Below are positions 18,838 through 28,558 of a stretch of 64,000 nucleotides of DNA, piece after piece; positions within the stretch are counted from its first letter, which is position 1; the number at the start of each line of letters is the position of its first letter. The notes below the pieces were generated by a model, which saw only the letters and a program-made list of their open reading frames with translations, ran no database searches and was not told where the DNA came from. A program made the translations under genes and the position numbers. Where the stretch lies: contig OY730476.1 of the NCBI GenBank assembly GCA_963422735.1, forward strand, positions 3,168,001 to 3,232,000, in the 5' to 3' direction. Source of the stretch: Candidatus Latescibacterota bacterium (GTDB lineage: Bacteria > Latescibacterota > UBA2968 > UBA8231).

Positions 18838-19090
18838 AGTAATCCTCGCGGCGCATCAGCACCTTGCGTAGCTGGGTGGCCGTCAAAACCAAGAGCACGC
18901 AAGCAACAAATCCGTATATCGCGTAAAAGCCGAACCAGCCCTCGACCGGGAAGACGTCCTCGGCAAAGGTCAAATGCCGGTGGAAGAGCAAGTCCAAGCC
19001 CAAGAGCAAGACGCATAGAGCGAAGAAGATCCATATCAAGCGGTGGACGTTCTGCGGCAGGTCGAATAGATGTTTTTTTTCTTGGGGCAT
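18830..19090 (-). CDS. Small 2-TM protein within the Mrp operon
   Basis: GFYA.YGF..CV.LV and LMR.EDYYD; overlaps the downstream gene. Confidence 0.75.
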   Translation of the reverse strand: MPQEKKHLFDLPQNVHRLIWIFFALCVLLLGLDLLFHRHLTFAEDVFPVEGWFGFYAIYGFVACVLLVLTATQLRKVLMRREDYYD

Positions 19091-19094
19091 GGCC

Positions 19095-20549
19095 TTATCC
19101 GCCGATCTGGCGACAGAGCTCGAGGAGCGGATCGGGGTAGAGGAAGAGCACTAGCCCGCCCAGCGCCGTGCAAAAAAGCGGCAGGACGCAGGCCAGCGGA
19201 GCTTCCTGTACGCGGCTTTCCTCGGCGGGTGCTGCATAGAAGAAGGCGTTGACAGCCACCGGCAACAGGTAGGCAATGTTGAGCAGCGAGCTTACCAAGA
19301 GTACGCCGACGGCCACATACTGCTCCGCGTCCAGCCCGGCGAGGATGAGGTACCACTTGCTCCAAGCTCCTCCCAGTGGCGGCAAGCCAATAATGCTCAG
19401 CGAGCCAACGAGAAAGGCCCCCATCGTCCACGGCATTTGCCGACCGATGCCCTTCATGTCGCTGATCTCGGTCTTGTGCAGGGCGACCGCGATGGCCCCA
19501 GCGCAAAAGAAAAGGGTGATCTTGCCGCAGGCGTGCATGGCGATGTGCAGACTACCGCCGAGGATGCCATAGCCGTTGGCCAAGGCCGCGCCGAGGACGA
19601 TGTATGCGAGCTGGCTGACAGTGGAATACGCCAAGCGAGCCTTGAGGTTGTCTTTGGTCATGGCCACTAGCGAACCAATGAGAATCGTGACGCAGGCTAC
19701 GTAGGCCAGATAAGTACCCAAGCCCGTTTCAGCGAGTAGGTCAATGCCAAAGATATAGATAGCAACCTTTAATACGGCGAAGACGCCGGCCTTGACCACG
19801 GCTACCGCGTGCAGCAGGGCGCTGACCGGGGCCGGGGCCACCATAGCGGCGGGGAGCCAGCGGTGGAAGGGCATGAGCGCGGCCTTACCGATGCCGAAGA
19901 CATAGAGCAAGAGCAGGACGCCGATGGTCCATTTGGCGGCCTTGCCAGCTAGGATGCCTCCGGGGACAAAGGAGAGGGTGCCGGCGATGTGATAAGTAGC
20001 GATCACGCCTGTGAGCAGGAAACCAATCGAGGTTGCAAGCAGGATGCCCAAGTAGATGCGGCCTCCCGCTTTGGCCCCCGAGCTACGGTGGTGGGTGACC
20101 AGCGGATAGGTTGACAGCGTCAGCGCCTCATAGCAGAAAAACAGCGTCAGCATATTGCCGGCGAAGGCTGCTCCTAAGGCCGCTGAGATCGCCAAGGCGA
20201 AGAAGACGAAAAACCGAGTCTGGTTCTCCTCGTGGTGGCCCCGCATGTAGCCAATGGAGTAGAACGAGGTCGCTATCCACAGCCCAGCGGCCACCAGCGC
20301 AAAGAGCGCACCGAGCGGCTCAACTTCAAAGGCTAGGGACAGACCCGGGAAGACCTCCACCAAATGCGCTGCCGGCCGGGCACCTGCGACGACTTTGGGC
20401 ACCAAGGTACAGACGGCAGCAAAGGTGCCCAAAGCGGCGAGCAGGGTCGCGGCCTCGCGCAGGTTGGGGCGGCGGCCCAAAAGGGCGATCAATGGCGCGG
20501 CCCCCAAGGGCAGGAGCATGGCCGCGACCATGGCGGTGGGGCCACTCAT
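19095..20549 (-). CDS. Mrp antiporter subunit D-like (second copy)
   Basis: KAALMPFH.WLP.AMVAP.PVSALLHAVAVVKAG; ATG 20549 overlaps the upstream stop. Confidence 0.9.
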   Translation of the reverse strand: MSGPTAMVAAMLLPLGAAPLIALLGRRPNLREAATLLAALGTFAAVCTLVPKVVAGARPAAHLVEVFPGLSLAFEVEPLGALFALVAAGLWIATSFYSIGYMRGHHEENQTRFFVFFALAISAALGAAFAGNMLTLFFCYEALTLSTYPLVTHHRSSGAKAGGRIYLGILLATSIGFLLTGVIATYHIAGTLSFVPGGILAGKAAKWTIGVLLLLYVFGIGKAALMPFHRWLPAAMVAPAPVSALLHAVAVVKAGVFAVLKVAIYIFGIDLLAETGLGTYLAYVACVTILIGSLVAMTKDNLKARLAYSTVSQLAYIVLGAALANGYGILGGSLHIAMHACGKITLFFCAGAIAVALHKTEISDMKGIGRQMPWTMGAFLVGSLSIIGLPPLGGAWSKWYLILAGLDAEQYVAVGVLLVSSLLNIAYLLPVAVNAFFYAAPAEESRVQEAPLACVLPLFCTALGGLVLFLYPDPLLELCRQIGG

Positions 20550-22027
20550 GGCGCAGGACCCAAAAGCCAGTGCGCCGCCTTGCGGGCGACCCCAGCCGTC
20601 AGCGAGGTCTGCACCCCTAAGCCGACGGTGAGCGCGATGAGCAGCCATACGGGAAGCTGCATCGAGAGAGGGGCTTCGGCGATAGGCGCGGCATCTTCGG
20701 GCACTGGGCGGAAATAGGCGGTCTCGACAAAGCGCCAGATATAGACCAGTGCCAGCAGCGAACTGACCACCACCAGCGCGGCCACCGGCCACCAGCCCCG
20801 CTCCAGTGCGCCTAAAATCAGGTACCACTTGCTGATAAAGCCTACAGTAAACGGTACGCCGATCAGCCCTAAGCCGGCGATTACAAAGGCGCACGAGGTC
20901 AGCGGCATGCGCTTGCCTAGCCCACTGAGATCGGCCAATTGCAGAGAGCGGACGCGGAGGAAGATGCAGCCGGCGGCCAAGAAGAGTGCCGCCTTCATCA
21001 GCGCGTGATTGAAGATATGGACGATGCCGGCAGTTAGCCCAGTGGCCGAGCCTAAGCTAATACCGAGCATCACATAGCCGATCTGAGCCACGCTCGAATA
21101 GGCCAAAAGCCGCTTGAGATCGGTCTGGTAGATGGCCACGGCCGAGGCGATGAAAATGCCCAACAGCACTAGCGGCAAAAGCAGAACATCGAGGTGCATG
21201 GTCCCAAAGGCAAAGTCCGCGCCAAAGATCGTGAAGACAAAGCGCAAGAAGGCGTATACTGCGATCTTGGTGGAGGTCGCCGCGATAAAGGCGGTGACGG
21301 CCGAAGGGGCATAGGTATAGGCATTGGGCAGCCATATATGCAGCGGAAAAAGTGCCATCTTGAGGGTGAAACCAACGCTTATAAAAGCAAAGGCCGCTTG
21401 GATGGTGCGGGTGTGGGCGACTGCTTCAATCCGAGTGGCGAGATCGGCCATGTTGAGCGTACCGGTCATCGCGTACATCAGGCCGATGCCGATCAGGATA
21501 AAGGTCGCGCCGATTGCGCCCAAGATCAGGTAGTTATACGTCGCCATGAGGGCGCGGCGATCCCGGCCGAGGCTAATCAGCCCATACGCCGAAAGCGACG
21601 AGATCTCCATAAACACGAAGACATTAAAGGCGTCGCCGGTAATGGCAATGCCCAGCAAGCCAGTGAGACAAAGCAGGAAGATCGCGCAGAAATGTGGGCG
21701 GCGTTCTGCTTCTATTTCGCTCGCCGCACTCGCCGGCGCGTAGGTCAGGACCACAGCACCGATCAGTGCCACCAGTAAAATTAGATACGCATTGAGGACA
21801 TCTACCCGGTACTCGATACCCCAAGGTGCGCTCCAGCCGCCTAGGGCATAGGAGATGGGGCCGTAGGAGAGCACTTGCTGCAATAGCATCACGGCCAGTG
21901 CCAGTGTGCCCCAGCCGACGGCCACGACAAACGGCCACAGCAAGCGCTGCGGACGCAGCAATAGGCAGAAAGGCGCAGCAACCAGCGGCAAGATGATCTG
22001 CAGGGCAGGCAGATGGGCGTCGATCAC
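20546..22027 (-). CDS. mrpD: Mrp antiporter subunit D
   Basis: TGD.FN.FVF.EI, KMALFPLH.WLP.AY, KRLLAYSS..QIGY. Confidence 0.9.
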   Translation of the reverse strand: MIDAHLPALQIILPLVAAPFCLLLRPQRLLWPFVVAVGWGTLALAVMLLQQVLSYGPISYALGGWSAPWGIEYRVDVLNAYLILLVALIGAVVLTYAPASAASEIEAERRPHFCAIFLLCLTGLLGIAITGDAFNVFVFMEISSLSAYGLISLGRDRRALMATYNYLILGAIGATFILIGIGLMYAMTGTLNMADLATRIEAVAHTRTIQAAFAFISVGFTLKMALFPLHIWLPNAYTYAPSAVTAFIAATSTKIAVYAFLRFVFTIFGADFAFGTMHLDVLLLPLVLLGIFIASAVAIYQTDLKRLLAYSSVAQIGYVMLGISLGSATGLTAGIVHIFNHALMKAALFLAAGCIFLRVRSLQLADLSGLGKRMPLTSCAFVIAGLGLIGVPFTVGFISKWYLILGALERGWWPVAALVVVSSLLALVYIWRFVETAYFRPVPEDAAPIAEAPLSMQLPVWLLIALTVGLGVQTSLTAGVARKAAHWLLGPAP

Positions 22028-22377
22028 GACCCCTCGCCTTGGCGTTGGATCTCGTCCTCTTCAATGGTCCCGTAGGCCGCGCGGATGCGCACCACTAACG
22101 CCAATCCCACAGCGGTGGTAGCAATGCCGACGACAATGGCGGTGAGGATGAGAACGTGGGGCAGTGGGTTGGAGTACGTCGTCACGCCTTCGGCGAGGAT
22201 GGGCGCGGTCCCCCCATCGACTTTACCCATGCTAATGTAGAGCAAAAAGACCGAGGTTTGGAAAATATTGAGGCCGACCAGCTTCCTGATCAGGTTGCCG
22301 CGGGCGATGACGTTGTAGAAGCCGGCCATCATCAGGAAAACGGCGATCCAGTAGTTGTACAGACCGAGGAACGTCAT
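22024..22377 (-). CDS. mrpC: Mrp antiporter subunit C
   Basis: NPLPHVLILTAIVVG.A motif. Confidence 0.92.
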   Translation of the reverse strand: MTFLGLYNYWIAVFLMMAGFYNVIARGNLIRKLVGLNIFQTSVFLLYISMGKVDGGTAPILAEGVTTYSNPLPHVLILTAIVVGIATTAVGLALVVRIRAAYGTIEEDEIQRQGEGS

Positions 22378-23345
22378 GGCCGCCCCCGGCTGGCGAAGTC
22401 GCAGAAGGTATTGATTAGCACGGCGGCGACCGTAATGCCAACCCCTAGCTCAATCAGCAAAATGCCATAGTGCTCGCCGTGAGTGGCCTCGCTGGCCAGC
22501 ACTTTGTACTCGAGGAAATTGCCCCCAGCCAAGAGACAGGCCAAGCCAGTGCCGATATAGAGTAGGAGTCCCAAGGCGAAAAAGACTTGGACGCGGCCAG
22601 AAGGGGCCACCCGGCGCGCCTCCGCAACTCCGTAGATCAGGGCGTAGAGAATAAAGGCCGCGGCGAAGATCACACCCGCCTGAAATCCCCCACCGGGGCC
22701 GAAGTCGCCGTGGAACTGCACGTAGAAGGCAAAGAGCAGGATCAGCGGGATGAAGGGCTTGGATACGACGCGGAGGACCATCGCGTGTCGCATCGCTTGA
22801 TCAGCGGCGGCGTCCAATGCCGTGCCGCTACCGCGCAACAGCAGGAGCACTGCTAGCCCAGCGGTGAAAATCACCGTTACCTCGCCCAAGGTGTCGTAGC
22901 CTCGGTAGCTAGCCAGCACTGAGGTGACCATGTTGGGGATGCCGATTTCCGTGGGAGACTCGGCAATATAGCGGGGGGCCACGTGTTGGTGGATCGGAGC
23001 GGCCGGGTCGCCCAAGTGCGGCATGTCGAGTGTGCCATAGACCAGCGCACCGCCGGTCAGGAGGCAGACGAAGAGGCCGCTCCAAGAGTGTTGGGATTGG
23101 GTCTTTTCTCTCGGCCCGGTCGAAGAGAGCGCAGCCAGAAAGAGCACCGTTGCTAGGCCAGCACCCACCGCCGCTTCAGTGAAGGCCACATCAACCGCGT
23201 CGAGGGTGGCAAAGATACAGGCCGAGAGCAAGCTGAAGATGCCAGTGAGCACCACCGCGGCAAAAAGGTCGCGCACTTGGATAATGGCCACGGCAATGAC
23301 GGCGAGGAATGTCATCAGCGCGATGTCAACTAGCGCGATAGTCAC
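22374..23345 (-). CDS. mrpB: Mrp subunit B (DUF4040 + MnhB fusion)
   Basis: A.DVA.TEAAVGAG, N.VT.VL..YRGYDTLGE, PGGGFQAG. Confidence 0.9.
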   Translation of the reverse strand: MTIALVDIALMTFLAVIAVAIIQVRDLFAAVVLTGIFSLLSACIFATLDAVDVAFTEAAVGAGLATVLFLAALSSTGPREKTQSQHSWSGLFVCLLTGGALVYGTLDMPHLGDPAAPIHQHVAPRYIAESPTEIGIPNMVTSVLASYRGYDTLGEVTVIFTAGLAVLLLLRGSGTALDAAADQAMRHAMVLRVVSKPFIPLILLFAFYVQFHGDFGPGGGFQAGVIFAAAFILYALIYGVAEARRVAPSGRVQVFFALGLLLYIGTGLACLLAGGNFLEYKVLASEATHGEHYGILLIELGVGITVAAVLINTFCDFASRGRP

Positions 23346-23656
23346 TATTCCTCCTCAGTGCCTTGGGGGACAAGCCCACTGTGCCGCGCCGCGCGGGCGA
23401 TGGCGTGGGTAGCAACGGGGCTAGCCATCAGCAAGAAGAGCGCGATCATCACCAGCTTGACAGTCGCTAGGGACAGGCCGCTCTGGAACATGAGTCCCAA
23501 GAGGACCAAACCCGCGCCCAACGTATCGGTGACACCGCCGCCGTGCATGCGGCTGTAGAAGTCGGGCAGCCGCAGAAGGCCCAAGCCGCCAACGAAGCAA
23601 AAGCCAGCCCCCAACAACAGACAGGCCCAGCTAGCATAGTAGAGCAGTGCTTCCAT
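23345..23656 (-). CDS. mrpG: Mrp subunit G
   Basis: GLLRLPDFY.R.H....DTLG, P...HA.ARAA. Confidence 0.92.
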   Translation of the reverse strand: MEALLYYASWACLLLGAGFCFVGGLGLLRLPDFYSRMHGGGVTDTLGAGLVLLGLMFQSGLSLATVKLVMIALFLLMASPVATHAIARAARHSGLVPQGTEEE

Positions 23657-23922
23657 CAGGCGTGGGCCTCCTCCTCTCCAGCGGTCGAGACGTATTTGAG
23701 GATGGCGATGGTGCCGATGAAGTTGATCATCGCATAGACCAGCCCCAAGTCGAGAAAGTCGGGCCGACCGGTCAAAAAGCCGATGACCGACAAAAGCAGC
23801 ACGGTCTTGGTGCCGAACATATTGACGGCGAGCACGCGGTCGTACACAGTGGGGCCTTTTAGGGCACGGATCAAGGCCAGCAACATGGTGGCCAGCACTC
23901 CTATCATCGCCGCGGCAAACAC
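23656..23922 (-). CDS. mrpF: Mrp subunit F
   Basis: R..KGPT.YDRVLA motif. Confidence 0.9.
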   Translation of the reverse strand: MFAAAMIGVLATMLLALIRALKGPTVYDRVLAVNMFGTKTVLLLSVIGFLTGRPDFLDLGLVYAMINFIGTIAILKYVSTAGEEEAHA

Positions 23923-24446
23923 TATCGCCCTCCCTCCAAATCGGTTACGCGGCCGTCCAAGGCCCCAGAGCGCACATCCTCGGCGGCTTCGCGGGTCAGG
24001 GCGTGGACATCAATGGTGCCTTCGTCGGCCTCAACGGCGACCGTGCCCGGCGTTAGGGTGATGGAGTTGGCGTAGATAACTTGCCCCAAGTGGGTTTTTT
24101 GGCTCGCCGCGACTTGGATCACGCGGGGTGCCAGCGGCAGCCGAGGATGCACGATCCGCCGCGCGACATCGATATTGGCTTTGGTTATCGCCCAGAGGAA
24201 CCAAGGCATATAGCGCAGCAGGCCAAGGATCAGGTGACTGGGGTGCCCTTCGGGATCGACGATCTGCATGCGGCGGCAGAGCGCGACGACCAGAAGACAC
24301 GAGAGTACGCCCAAGCCCAAGAGCAGGGCCGTATAAATGCCCGACAAAAACAGCCAGGTCAAAAACAGTAGGGCGAAAAGACTGAGCGTTCTGTGTGGCG
24401 CATTTGGCAAAATAAGCCCTCGATTCTCGTTGCAACAAGTGGACAT
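23922..24446 (-). CDS. mrpE: Mrp subunit E (start uncertain)
   Basis: AN.DVA, ANSITLTPGT, VHAL. Confidence 0.9.
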   Translation of the reverse strand: MSTCCNENRGLILPNAPHRTLSLFALLFLTWLFLSGIYTALLLGLGVLSCLLVVALCRRMQIVDPEGHPSHLILGLLRYMPWFLWAITKANIDVARRIVHPRLPLAPRVIQVAASQKTHLGQVIYANSITLTPGTVAVEADEGTIDVHALTREAAEDVRSGALDGRVTDLEGGR

Positions 24447-24531
24447 AATTTCTGCAATTGCGGGTTGGGATGCAAGAAATGGTCGGGGCTTGGAGTTCGG
24501 CTCCAGCGGCCAGCAGTGAGCGAGATTCTCT

Positions 24532-24704
24532 CTGGTCCATACTTATGGTACCCCTCGATGGACGCTATATTATTATGTATATCGCAGAATGGGCGGGTAT
24601 CACCTGCGCTTGCGCGAGCGCGAAATTCAGGTTAAAAGGACGGAGAAATCGCTAGCTGGCTATCTCGGCGTCGAGGGGATATTGGCTCCCGGAGAAGTAG
24701 AGGC
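24532..24704 (+). pseudogene. Eroded duplicate of the phyH1 3' end / phyH2 5' end (26256-26507)
   Basis: Collinear similarity blocks; 24658-24704 matches 26461-26507 at 44/47 nt; several internal deletions. Confidence 0.8.
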
Positions 24705-24723
24705 GTTTATCGCCTTGATCCGC

Positions 24724-25518
24724 TCAGCGATTGACGACCCAGTACGTCGTCTCGATCTCTTTTGAACCTGCGTACGGCTGGCCGTCGTGGGTGCCCAAAA
24801 GCTGCCAGCAGCTAAATCCTGCTAGGCGCAGCAATAGCTGAAATTCTTCTTTGTAGATCCACCGCGCCGTCATGGGCACTATCGCTGTTTCTCCGTCGTA
24901 GGCAAAGAACCACTCGTAGTGCTCAGTCTGCTCGCCCAGATCAACGATCTTTTTGAACCAGACACTAATCCGGCGGCCTGTTTGGGGATGGGGGAATTCG
25001 CCGAATGCCTCCAGCGACGAGGACGGACCAACGTGGGCAAGCAGGTCGCCGGCAAGCGACGGGATGTAGAAGTTCATCAGTAGCCGTCCGCCAGGCACCA
25101 GATGGGCGCGGATGCGTTCGAGACAGGCGATTTGGGCTGCCTGTTTGGGCAAGAGCATGAACGAGCTGGCCGGAATTAGGATGGCCGCAAAGGACTGGTC
25201 GTAGCAGAAGTCAACCATGTCCTGACAGCAGACGCGGCGGTCGATATCGCCCAACCCCAAGGCCGCTGCCTTGCGGCGCAAAACGGCCAGCATCCCTAGG
25301 GCGCAATCGAAACCCCTGATGTCAACGCCTTGGCGCAAAAGGCGAAGCAGAATCGAACCAGTGCCGCAAGCCGCTTCGAGGACCGGACCCGTCTCTCCGG
25401 AGAGCTGCACACTATAGAATTGGAACTCGCGTTCGTGCGTCTGCTGCCTTGCGCCCCGCTCGTTCCACTGGTCGTATATCAGCGGCCACCAAGGATTGTC
25501 GTAATTGGCGTCAGTCAC
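24724..25518 (-). CDS. Class I SAM-dependent methyltransferase
   Basis: VLEAACGTG and HL.PGGRL; GGAGG RBS before GTG 25518. Confidence 0.88.
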   Translation of the reverse strand: MTDANYDNPWWPLIYDQWNERGARQQTHEREFQFYSVQLSGETGPVLEAACGTGSILLRLLRQGVDIRGFDCALGMLAVLRRKAAALGLGDIDRRVCCQDMVDFCYDQSFAAILIPASSFMLLPKQAAQIACLERIRAHLVPGGRLLMNFYIPSLAGDLLAHVGPSSSLEAFGEFPHPQTGRRISVWFKKIVDLGEQTEHYEWFFAYDGETAIVPMTARWIYKEEFQLLLRLAGFSCWQLLGTHDGQPYAGSKEIETTYWVVNR

Positions 25519-25664
25519 AAGTGCAGGCCCTCCATTTGGGCACGGCCCATGGTCTAGCAAGGGGGAATTTCTTGCTTTGTGTACCAACCGTCAGCGCACA
25601 TTCAAATAAAGGGATGATAGGCACTAATCGCTAGAATGTGCAACACCAGCAAAGGAAAAGCACC

Positions 25665-26408
25665 ATGGACGCTCAACAGCAGTACCTCTTCGACTTGCAA
25701 GGCTACATCGCACTCAAGGGCGTCGTGCCCGCAGCGGTGGTCGCCGCCTGCAATCAGGTTCTGGACCGCTTCGAGACCATGGAGGAGGCCGATTACCCAC
25801 CGCCGCTATGTTTGGGCGACCGGCGCACGCAACAGAACCTCTATATTTCAAACATTCTCGAAGGGGACGAAGTCTTCCGCACGTTGATCGATATTCCCGC
25901 GGTCCTAGATGTGGTCGCCGCAGTCACCGGGGGGCCGTACCGACTCAATCACACCTATGCGATCTATCGCTGGGGCGGCGGTTACACTGGCCTGCACATG
26001 CACGGTACGCCCATCATTCCCAAGTGTCAGTATCACTGCCGCAACGGGCAGATGGTCTCAACCCTGACCAAGGCGGTCTTTCCCCTGATCGACTGCGCCG
26101 AGGAAGACGGCTGTTTCGCAGTGATCCCCGGTGCTCACAAAAGCAACTTTCCCAGGCCTTGGGGCCATCACCCAGACGAAAATCCGGCGCTGCAAGCAGT
26201 GCCGGCAGCCGCCGGGGACGCCATCATCTTTACCGAGGCGTTGACCCACGGCTCGCTGGTCAATATTTCCGGTCGCCCGCGCCGGACCCTATATTATTGC
26301 TACAGCACAGGATATATGCCCGACTGGGGTGGGCAGAACCTGCGCTTCAGCAACGAAATCTACGAGGCATTGCCCGAGCAACAGCGCGAAATACTCAGGC
26401 TAAAATGA
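25665..26408 (+). CDS. Phytanoyl-CoA dioxygenase (PhyH) family protein
   Basis: YLFDLQGY, IPGAHK.N, GDAIIFTEAL.HG, RR.L.Y. Confidence 0.88.
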   Translation: MDAQQQYLFDLQGYIALKGVVPAAVVAACNQVLDRFETMEEADYPPPLCLGDRRTQQNLYISNILEGDEVFRTLIDIPAVLDVVAAVTGGPYRLNHTYAIYRWGGGYTGLHMHGTPIIPKCQYHCRNGQMVSTLTKAVFPLIDCAEEDGCFAVIPGAHKSNFPRPWGHHPDENPALQAVPAAAGDAIIFTEALTHGSLVNISGRPRRTLYYCYSTGYMPDWGGQNLRFSNEIYEALPEQQREILRLK

Positions 26409-26421
26409 CGGAGAAAAGGCC

Positions 26422-27297
26422 ATGTTGACACAAGAACAGACCACCAGCTACCACGAGAAGGGCTACCTCGGCGTCGAGGGGGTATTGGCCCCCGGAGAAG
26501 TAGAGGCACTGCGGCAGATCACCGACGAGTTCATCGAGCAGTCGCGGGCCGCGAGCGAAAGCGATACCGTATTCGACTTGGAGCCGGGACATGCGCCCGA
26601 CAACCCCAAGCTGCGGCGGCTCAAAAGCCCGGTCGCCCAGCACGAAATCTACCGCAGCACCCTGCACCACGAGCGGATTCTGGACATCGTTACCCAGTTA
26701 ATCGGCGAGCGAATCCGCACCAACGGCGACAAGCTCAACATGAAATCCGGCGAGTTCGGCAGCCCGGTGGAGTGGCATCAGGATTGGGCTTTTTATCCGC
26801 ACACCAACGACGACCTGCTCGCCGTGGGAGTGTGCATCGACGATATGAACGAGACTAACGGCTGCTTGCTCGTCATCCCTAAGTCGCACAAGGGGCCGAT
26901 CTACAACCACCACCTCGAGGGCCATTTCGCCGGCGCAGTGACCGCGACGGATTTCGACGACTCTGCGGCCGAAAAGGTCGAGCTAAAAGCCGGCGGCATC
27001 TCTATCCACCACGTCCGCGCCCTGCACGGCTCCCTGCCCAACACCTCGCCGCATCCGCGCCGACTCCTGCTCTTGCAGTATTGCGCCGGCGACTCTTGGC
27101 CTTTGGTGCCGGCGACCGATTGGGAGGGCTATTGCCGGACCTTCGTGCGCGGCGAGCCGAGCCGGCACATCCGCGTCGCCGATGTGCCTGTGAGTATGCC
27201 GATGCCCGGGGCCAAGGTCGGCGGCTCCATCTACGCTACCCAGACCGTATTGCGCCACTCGACCTTCGGATCGGTGAAAACCGCAAAGTCCGCCTAA
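26422..27297 (+). CDS. Phytanoyl-CoA dioxygenase (PhyH) family protein
   Basis: WHQD, NGCL.VIP.SH, HGS.PN.S..PRR. Confidence 0.92.
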   Translation: MLTQEQTTSYHEKGYLGVEGVLAPGEVEALRQITDEFIEQSRAASESDTVFDLEPGHAPDNPKLRRLKSPVAQHEIYRSTLHHERILDIVTQLIGERIRTNGDKLNMKSGEFGSPVEWHQDWAFYPHTNDDLLAVGVCIDDMNETNGCLLVIPKSHKGPIYNHHLEGHFAGAVTATDFDDSAAEKVELKAGGISIHHVRALHGSLPNTSPHPRRLLLLQYCAGDSWPLVPATDWEGYCRTFVRGEPSRHIRVADVPVSMPMPGAKVGGSIYATQTVLRHSTFGSVKTAKSA

Positions 27298-27314
27298 CAC
27301 TGCACACTGCGTCC

Positions 27315-28238
27315 ATGAACCTGCAACACCTGCGCTACTTCCTCGCCGTGGCGCGCACGGGCGGCTTTACCCAAGCGGCGCGCCAGATGAATGTGACTCA
27401 GCCGACGATTTCCAGCGCGGTCTTGGAGCTGGAGAAGAGCATGGGGGTCCAGCTCTTCAACCGCGACAATCGGCACGTGGCCCTGACGACCGAGGGCCGC
27501 CTACTGCTGAGCTACGCCGTCCAGGTCGCGGACTTGCTAGAGGAGGCAAGTGAGCGGCTTCAGCGGAGCGACCTAGAGCCGGGAGGAGGCTTTCAGTTTG
27601 GGGCGGTGGACGCGGCCGTCATCTATCTCCTGCCGGAAATTCTCAAAGAGTACATGCGCCGCTATCCGGGCGTCGCGCTCAAGACCCAAGTCGCCCCCTC
27701 GCGTTATCTCATCGACGACCTGCTGATGCAGCGCTCTGAATTCGCACTGATCCACTTACCCTACACCCATCCCAAAATCGACGCCGTGCCGATCTACTGC
27801 GATGACATGCCCTTGGTCGTCGGGCCAGAGCATCGCTTTGCTCGGTGCGGGGCTGTCGCCCTCGTCGAAGTGGTGGAGGAACCCCTAATCCTCTTTCACG
27901 CCGACTCGGTCTCGCGCAAGGTAGTTGACGAGAAGCTCGCCGAAGCAGGCCTAGCGCCGGGCGCGGTGATGGAGCTGCGTAGCCCAGAGGCCATGCGCAA
28001 GTTGGTGGAGGCCGGAGTGGGCATCTCGTTTTTGCCGCGGCTGACCATCCGCGAGTCGCTGGCGAGCGGTGCGCTCAAGACCGTGGATGTGCGCGGCGTG
28101 GCCTTTGAGCGCGAAATCGGCGTGGCTTGGCGTCGAGGCCGCTACTTTGGCCAAGCCGTGCGGCTTTTGCTCGAAGCCGTGTTCGCCGCATACGGCGGAC
28201 GGGATGAGTGGCTGCAAAAGGTCGCTCCGAAAAGCTAA
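27315..28238 (+). CDS. LysR-family transcriptional regulator
   Basis: MNL.HLRYF.AVA..GGFT.AA....TQP.IS HTH plus substrate-binding domain. Confidence 0.95.
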   Translation: MNLQHLRYFLAVARTGGFTQAARQMNVTQPTISSAVLELEKSMGVQLFNRDNRHVALTTEGRLLLSYAVQVADLLEEASERLQRSDLEPGGGFQFGAVDAAVIYLLPEILKEYMRRYPGVALKTQVAPSRYLIDDLLMQRSEFALIHLPYTHPKIDAVPIYCDDMPLVVGPEHRFARCGAVALVEVVEEPLILFHADSVSRKVVDEKLAEAGLAPGAVMELRSPEAMRKLVEAGVGISFLPRLTIRESLASGALKTVDVRGVAFEREIGVAWRRGRYFGQAVRLLLEAVFAAYGGRDEWLQKVAPKS

Positions 28239-28301
28239 TACGAGGTCCTTGACCCCCGCGATATTGCCACGCTTCAAGCTAGCGGCGTTCTTAATTTTTA
28301 A

Positions 28302-28529
28302 CGGATGTTACGCAGCTTTTGTCCTGCCTGCGCTTCACCTTGCGGCAGCAAGATAAGCCGGCATCCAGCGTACCCCTCGTCGGTTCGGGCTTGGGTGACC
28401 GCTGAGCGACGCGACGACTCGACGGAGGGTGCTGAAGCCTGTCTCCGTGCAGACGGGGTCCGCATCGTGCGCGGGAATGACAATGGGGGCGGCAGGAAGC
28501 TGCTGACGATAACGACTGCGTAACGTCAG
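28302..28529. mobile_element. MITE-like element, 228 bp, 14-bp imperfect TIRs, 7-bp flanking direct repeat
   Basis: Left end CGGATGTTACGCAG and right end CTGCGTAACGTCAG (12/14 match); TTTTTAA at 28295-28301 and 28530-28536; nested internal stems. Confidence 0.72.
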
Positions 28530-28558
28530 TTTTTAACCCAAAACTGAGAGCGAGCACT

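Noticed and set aside
28302-28529. T-box riboswitch or SRP RNA upstream of serS
   Set aside because: No GGTGGNACC T-box bulge with a terminator and no SRP helix-8 motif; TIRs plus a flanking duplication fit a MITE better.
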